A DNA stretch of 64,000 nt from Lingula anatina (Eukaryota; Animalia; Brachiopoda): contig CM120648.1 in NCBI GenBank assembly GCA_051362555.1, positions 2,846,087-2,910,086 on the forward strand. The letters run 5' to 3'. Each line of letters begins with the position of its first letter. Within the stretch, counting starts at the first letter, position 1. Shown piece by piece: positions 58,701-64,000 of the stretch. The position numbers and the translations under genes are program-made. The notes beneath the pieces are model-generated. The model saw only the letters and a program-made list of their open reading frames with translations. It was not told where the DNA came from and searched no databases.

Positions 58701-61700
58701 TCACCGGCGACGGCACAGCGTGTGATGATGTAGATGAATGTGCCCTGGCCACAGATGATTGCGCTGAGAACGCCACATGCGCCAACACCGTGGGCAGTTT
58801 CACCTGCACCTGCCTAGCTGGTTTCACCGGCGACGGCACAGCGTGTGATGATGTAGATGAATGTGCCCTGGCCACAGATGATTGCGCTGAGAACGCCACA
58901 TGCGCCAACACCGTGGGCAGTTTCACCTGCACCTGCCTAGCTGGTTTCACCGGCGACGGCACAGCGTGTGATGATGTAGATGAATGTGCCCTGGCCACAG
59001 ATGATTGCGCTGAGAACGCCACATGCGCCAACACCGTGGGCAGTTTCACCTGCACCTGCCTAGCTGGTTTCACCGGCGACGGCACAGCGTGTGATGATGT
59101 AGATGAATGTGCCCTGGCCACAGATGATTGCGCTGAGAACGCCACATGCGCCAACACCGTGGGCAGTTTCACCTGCACCTGCCTAGCTGGTTTCACCGGC
59201 GACGGCACAGCGTGTGATGATGTAGATGAATGTGCCCTGGCCACAGATGATTGCGCTGAGAACGCCACATGCGCCAACACCGTGGGCAGTTTCACCTGCA
59301 CCTGCCTAGCTGGTTTCACCGGCGACGGCACAGCGTGTGATGATGTAGATGAATGTGCCCTGGCCACAGATGATTGCGCTGAGAACGCCACATGCGCCAA
59401 CACCGTGGGCAGTTTCACCTGCACCTGCCTAGCTGGTTTCACCGGCGACGGCACAGCGTGTGATGATGTAGATGAATGTGCCCTGGCCACAGATGATTGC
59501 GCTGAGAACGCCACATGCGCCAACACCGTGGGCAGTTTCACCTGCACCTGCCTAGCTGGTTTCACCGGCGACGGCACAGCGTGTGATGATGTAGATGAAT
59601 GTGCCCTGGCCACAGATGATTGCGCTGAGAACGCCACATGCGCCAACACCGTGGGCAGTTTCACCTGCACCTGCCTAGCTGGTTTCACCGGCGACGGCAC
59701 AGCGTGTGATGATGTAGATGAATGTGCCCTGGCCACAGATGATTGCGCTGAGAACGCCACATGCGCCAACACCGTGGGCAGTTTCACCTGCACCTGCCTA
59801 GCTGGTTTCACCGGCGACGGCACAGCGTGTGATGATGTAGATGAATGTGCCCTGGCCACAGATGATTGCGCTGAGAACGCCACATGCGCCAACACCGTGG
59901 GCAGTTTCACCTGCACCTGCCTAGCTGGTTTCACCGGCGACGGCACAGCGTGTGATGATGTAGATGAATGTGCCCTGGCCACAGATGATTGCGCTGAGAA
60001 CGCCACATGCGCCAACACCGTGGGCAGTTTCACCTGCACCTGCCTAGCTGGTTTCACCGGCGACGGCACAGCGTGTGATGATGTAGATGAATGTGCCCTG
60101 GCCACAGATGATTGCGCTGAGAACGCCACATGCGCCAACACCGTGGGCAGTTTCACCTGCACCTGCCTAGCTGGTTTCACCGGCGACGGCACAGCGTGTG
60201 ATGATGTAGATGAATGTGCCCTGGCCACAGATGATTGCGCTGAGAACGCCACATGCGCCAACACCGTGGGCAGTTTCACCTGCACCTGCCTAGCTGGTTT
60301 CACCGGCGACGGCACAGCGTGTGATGATGTAGATGAATGTGCCCTGGCCACAGATGATTGCGCTGAGAACGCCACATGCGCCAACACCGTGGGCAGTTTC
60401 ACCTGCACCTGCCTAGCTGGTTTCACCGGCGACGGCACAGCGTGTGATGATGTAGATGAATGTGCCCTGGCCACAGATGATTGCGCTGAGAACGCCACAT
60501 GCGCCAACACCGTGGGCAGTTTCACCTGCACCTGCCTAGCTGGTTTCACCGGCGACGGCACAGCGTGTGATGATGTAGATGAATGTGCCCTGGCCACAGA
60601 TGATTGCGCTGAGAACGCCACATGCGCCAACACCGTGGGCAGTTTCACCTGCACCTGCCTAGCTGGTTTCACCGGCGACGGCACAGCGTGTGATGATGTA
60701 GATGAATGTGCCCTGGCCACAGATGATTGCGCTGAGAACGCCACATGCGCCAACACCGTGGGCAGTTTCACCTGCACCTGCCTAGCTGGTTTCACCGGCG
60801 ACGGCACAGCGTGTGATGATGTAGATGAATGTGCCCTGGCCACAGATGATTGCGCTGAGAACGCCACATGCGCCAACACCGTGGGCAGTTTCACCTGCAC
60901 CTGCCTAGCTGGTTTCACCGGCGACGGCACAGCGTGTGATGATGTAGATGAATGTGCCCTGGCCACAGATGATTGCGCTGAGAACGCCACATGCGCCAAC
61001 ACCGTGGGCAGTTTCACCTGCACCTGCCTAGCTGGTTTCACCGGCGACGGCACAGCGTGTGATGATGTAGATGAATGTGCCCTGGCCACAGATGATTGCG
61101 CTGAGAACGCCACATGCGCCAACACCGTGGGCAGTTTCACCTGCACCTGCCTAGCTGGTTTCACCGGCGACGGCACAGCGTGTGATGATGTAGATGAATG
61201 TGCCCTGGCCACAGATGATTGCGCTGAGAACGCCACATGCGCCAACACCGTGGGCAGTTTCACCTGCACCTGCCTAGCTGGTTTCACCGGCGACGGCACA
61301 GCGTGTGATGATGTAGATGAATGTGCCCTGGCCACAGATGATTGCGCTGAGAACGCCACATGCGCCAACACCGTGGGCAGTTTCACCTGCACCTGCCTAG
61401 CTGGTTTCACCGGCGACGGCACAGCGTGTGATGATGTAGATGAATGTGCCCTGGCCACAGATGATTGCGCTGAGAACGCCACATGCGCCAACACCGTGGG
61501 CAGTTTCACCTGCACCTGCCTAGCTGGTTTCACCGGCGACGGCACAGCGTGTGATGATGTAGATGAATGTGCCCTGGCCACAGATGATTGCGCTGAGAAC
61601 GCCACATGCGCCAACACCGTGGGCAGTTTCACCTGCACCTGCCTAGCTGGTTTCACCGGCGACGGCACAGCGTGTGATGATGTAGATGAATGTGCCCTGG

Positions 61701-64000
61701 CCACAGATGATTGCGCTGAGAACGCCACATGCGCCAACACCGTGGGCAGTTTCACCTGCACCTGCCTAGCTGGTTTCACCGGCGACGGCACAGCGTGTGA
61801 TGATGTAGATGAATGTGCCCTGGCCACAGATGATTGCGCTGAGAACGCCACATGCGCCAACACCGTGGGCAGTTTCACCTGCACCTGCCTAGCTGGTTTC
61901 ACCGGCGACGGCACAGCGTGTGATGATGTAGATGAATGTGCCCTGGCCACAGATGATTGCGCTGAGAACGCCACATGCGCCAACACCGTGGGCAGTTTCA
62001 CCTGCACCTGCCTAGCTGGTTTCACCGGCGACGGCACAGCGTGTGATGATGTAGATGAATGTGCCCTGGCCACAGATGATTGCGCTGAGAACGCCACATG
62101 CGCCAACACCGTGGGCAGTTTCACCTGCACCTGCCTAGCTGGTTTCACCGGCGACGGCACAGCGTGTGATGATGTAGATGAATGTGCCCTGGCCACAGAT
62201 GATTGCGCTGAGAACGCCACATGCGCCAACACCGTGGGCAGTTTCACCTGCACCTGCCTAGCTGGTTTCACCGGCGACGGCACAGCGTGTGATGATGTAG
62301 ATGAATGTGCCCTGGCCACAGATGATTGCGCTGAGAACGCCACATGCGCCAACACCGTGGGCAGTTTCACCTGCACCTGCCTAGCTGGTTTCACCGGCGA
62401 CGGCACAGCGTGTGATGATGTAGATGAATGTGCCCTGGCCACAGATGATTGCGCTGAGAACGCCACATGCGCCAACACCGTGGGCAGTTTCACCTGCACC
62501 TGCCTAGCTGGTTTCACCGGCGACGGCACAGCGTGTGATGATGTAGATGAATGTGCCCTGGCCACAGATGATTGCGCTGAGAACGCCACATGCGCCAACA
62601 CCGTGGGCAGTTTCACCTGCACCTGCCTAGCTGGTTTCACCGGCGACGGCACAGCGTGTGATGATGTAGATGAATGTGCCCTGGCCACAGATGATTGCGC
62701 TGAGAACGCCACATGCGCCAACACCGTGGGCAGTTTCACCTGCACCTGCCTAGCTGGTTTCACCGGCGACGGCACAGCGTGTGATGATGTAGATGAATGT
62801 GCCCTGGCCACAGATGATTGCGCTGAGAACGCCACATGCGCCAACACCGTGGGCAGTTTCACCTGCACCTGCCTAGCTGGTTTCACCGGCGACGGCACAG
62901 CGTGTGATGATGTAGATGAATGTGCCCTGGCCACAGATGATTGCGCTGAGAACGCCACATGCGCCAACACCGTGGGCAGTTTCACCTGCACCTGCCTAGC
63001 TGGTTTCACCGGCGACGGCACAGCGTGTGATGATGTAGATGAATGTGCCCTGGCCACAGATGATTGCGCTGAGAACGCCACATGCGCCAACACCGTGGGC
63101 AGTTTCACCTGCACCTGCCTAGCTGGTTTCACCGGCGACGGCACAGCGTGTGATGATGTAGATGAATGTGCCCTGGCCACAGATGATTGCGCTGAGAACG
63201 CCACATGCGCCAACACCGTGGGCAGTTTCACCTGCACCTGCCTAGCTGGTTTCACCGGCGACGGCACAGCGTGTGATGATGTAGATGAATGTGCCCTGGC
63301 CACAGATGATTGCGCTGAGAACGCCACATGCGCCAACACCGTGGGCAGTTTCACCTGCACCTGCCTAGCTGGTTTCACCGGCGACGGCACAGCGTGTGAT
63401 GATGTAGATGAATGTGCCCTGGCCACAGATGATTGCGCTGAGAACGCCACATGCGCCAACACCGTGGGCAGTTTCACCTGCACCTGCCTAGCTGGTTTCA
63501 CCGGCGACGGCACAGCGTGTGATGATGTAGATGAATGTGCCCTGGCCACAGATGATTGCGCTGAGAACGCCACATGCGCCAACACCGTGGGCAGTTTCAC
63601 CTGCACCTGCCTAGCTGGTTTCACCGGCGACGGCACAGCGTGTGATGATGTAGATGAATGTGCCCTGGCCACAGATGATTGCGCTGAGAACGCCACATGC
63701 GCCAACACCGTGGGCAGTTTCACCTGCACCTGCCTAGCTGGTTTCACCGGCGACGGCACAGCGTGTGATGATGTAGATGAATGTGCCCTGGCCACAGATG
63801 ATTGCGCTGAGAACGCCACATGCGCCAACACCGTGGGCAGTTTCACCTGCACCTGCCTAGCTGGTTTCACCGGCGACGGCACAGCGTGTGATGATGTAGA
63901 TGAATGTGCCCTGGCCACAGATGATTGCGCTGAGAACGCCACATGCGCCAACACCGTGGGCAGTTTCACCTGCACCTGCCTAGCTGGTTTCACCGGCGAC
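31381..64000 (+). CDS. giant secreted protein: signal peptide + Lys/Pro-rich region + C-type lectin domain + about 179 near-identical calcium-binding EGF repeats (3' end outside window)
   Basis: Model exons 31381-31444, 34120-34197, 38917-39069, 40464-40671, 41188-41413 and 41994-64000+. All are GT-AG with phases 1,1,1,2,0. The first five exons total 729 nt (243 aa) and join in frame to YDVDEC. As assembled, the frame stops at 52217 (3650 aa). If the two +1 insertions are errors, at least 7578 aa lie in the window. Confidence 0.8.
31471..31726. mobile_element. palindromic MITE-like element
   Basis: About 60-bp imperfect inverted arms CATCCCCTGCGAAAATTTGTCTCATTTAACG...CGTTAAATGAGAAATTTTTGCAGTGGATG. 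Confidence 0.65.
32797..33103. mobile_element. Harbinger-like MITE
   Basis: About 50-bp inverted arms AGACCCCATTCACATAGATACTATCGGTCTACGTGGATCGA...TCGATTCACGTAGACCGATGGTGCCTGTAGAAATGGGGCCT. Confidence 0.75.
34120..34197 (+). CDS. exon 2: Lys-rich DKVKLAKLKNPAVPREAKEAAGPSRK
   Basis: TTTTTCAG acceptor, G|GTGAT donor, symmetric phase 1-1, 78 nt. Paralogous to exon 3 at both ends. Confidence 0.65.
34742..38683 (-). mobile_element. Academ-like DNA transposon, internally deleted, with ~430-bp TIRs
   Basis: TIRs 34742-~35179 and ~38258-38683 (TAGTCTAGTGA...TCACTAGACTA), with TAG on both flanks. Minus-strand remnants at 35180-36110 (FVFWWAYMDMVSILLQFTRAQRDG, GNFVVKRS, DLPSVFKHELLPVPASL, IDVVFDRY) resemble Academ transposase motifs as I recall them. 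Confidence 0.8.
36600..37615 (+). mobile_element. Tc1/mariner transposase pseudogene nested in the Academ-like element
   Basis: HTH region IARQLIVSQGAVSKVL, TTRREDR, GGGSFCVWASF, DGNLNQKKYRDILE, FILQDDIARPH, WPSNSSDMNPI (degenerate SPDLNPIE) and C-terminal AARGCGTHY. Frameshifted. Confidence 0.9.
38917..39069 (+). CDS. exon 3: DKAKLPPVKGPSTPGES(KGTPG)x6KPGK
   Basis: TTTTCAG acceptor, G|GTGAT donor, 153 nt, phase 1-1. The 15-bp tandem units vary at third codon positions (ACG/ACA, CCA/CCT/CCC, GGA/GGT), as expected for coding sequence. Confidence 0.85.
39271..39481. mobile_element. Harbinger-like MITE, family C
   Basis: TAA on both flanks. The interior GCGGCTTAAATGTCTGTC..GAAGCTG..GGGGTTAATTAACT..GCAATTTAGCG is shared with 16363-16587 and 19535-19749. 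Confidence 0.75.
39702..39923. mobile_element. PIF/Harbinger-like MITE, family A copy 2
   Basis: Near-identical to 4393-4604, with a TTA TSD and a 10-bp internal duplication (TCCTTTCTGCG twice). Confidence 0.85.
40032..40102. repeat. (TTATA)n microsatellite
   Basis: Direct reading. Confidence 0.9.
40130..40345. mobile_element. family C MITE derivative with internal inversion (long palindrome)
   Basis: CTATCTCCAAGGGG..CTCGCTAAATTGC pairs with GCAATTTAGCGAGAATCCCCTTGGAGATAG, and CTGAAGCTGCTA pairs with TAGCAGCTTCAG. Confidence 0.7.
40464..41413 (+). CDS. exons 4-5 (40464-40671, 41188-41413): long-form C-type lectin-like domain
   Basis: C..W....KCFKYF, F..A..FC, ASLAIIES.EEQ, WIGL, W.W.DG, Y.NW, NC, WRN..C, LCE give the six CTLD cysteines. 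The phase-2 intron AG|A joins correctly. Confidence 0.92.
40714..40760. repeat. (CT)n microsatellite
   Basis: Direct reading. Confidence 0.9.
41486..41765. mobile_element. Harbinger-like MITE in the intron preceding the EGF exon
   Basis: About 55-bp inverted arms (CATTCAGAATGGATGATCCGAGTACTGACTGATC.. / ..GATCAGTTAGTACTCGGATCATCTATTGTGAATG), with TTA on both flanks. Confidence 0.8.
41997..64000 (+). repeat. coding tandem array of 123-bp units (178 complete + 108 nt), each encoding cbEGF DVDECALATDDCAENATCANTVGSFTCTCLAGFTGDGTACD
   Basis: 22004 nt minus 2 inserted bases = 178x123+108, and the window ends at ..FTGD as predicted. Each unit has the cbEGF consensus D-x-D-E-C and C-x-N-x-x-G-S-F-x-C. 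The acceptor TTCTTCCAG ends at 41993. Confidence 0.97.

Noticed and set aside
41861-63993. Giant antisense ORFs (3465 aa and 3899 aa, repeat SSTSSHAVPSPVKPARQVQVKLPTVLAHVAFSAQSSVARAH)
   Set aside because: They are shadows of the EGF array. One stop-free 123-bp antisense frame repeated gives a giant ORF automatically. The sense frame has the domain consensus, splice acceptor and upstream exons.
41997-64000. Array as a CRISPR array or non-coding satellite
   Set aside because: There are no spacers and the context is eukaryotic. The unit is a multiple of 3, encodes a perfect cbEGF, and starts right after an in-frame splice acceptor.
41997-64000. Naming the gene fibrillin, Notch or dumpy
   Set aside because: No TB, LNR, DPY or ZP domains are visible and the N-terminus is a CTLD. 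Similarity would reflect only the generic cbEGF.

Overview
AT-rich, intron-containing animal genomic DNA, probably a marine invertebrate such as a mollusc. That assignment is inferred from the CBM2-GH9 cellulase and the transposon families. Bases 1-15500 hold no convincing intact gene, only MITEs, an RTE LINE fragment, local duplications and microsatellites. Next come two tandemly duplicated small secreted 8-Cys proteins of unrecognised family (16898-17296, 18955-19335) and a complete 11-exon minus-strand CBM2+GH9 endoglucanase (27903->21104, 572 aa). Head-to-head with it is a plus-strand secreted-protein gene (ATG 31381) that I reconstructed exon by exon: signal peptide, two paralogous Lys/Pro-rich exons with (KGTPG)x6, and an atypical C-type lectin domain. 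These splice into one intronless stretch of at least 22 kb (41994 to beyond the window end) made of about 179 near-identical 123-bp units. Each unit encodes the same acidic 41-aa calcium-binding EGF module. Variants are confined to the first 9 units, apart from two single-A insertions at about 52213 and 52369. Intron 2 of this gene carries an Academ-like transposon with a nested Tc1/mariner relic. The giant lectin-headed cbEGF homopolymer is the standout, with the caveat that copy number and frameshifts may be assembly-dependent.
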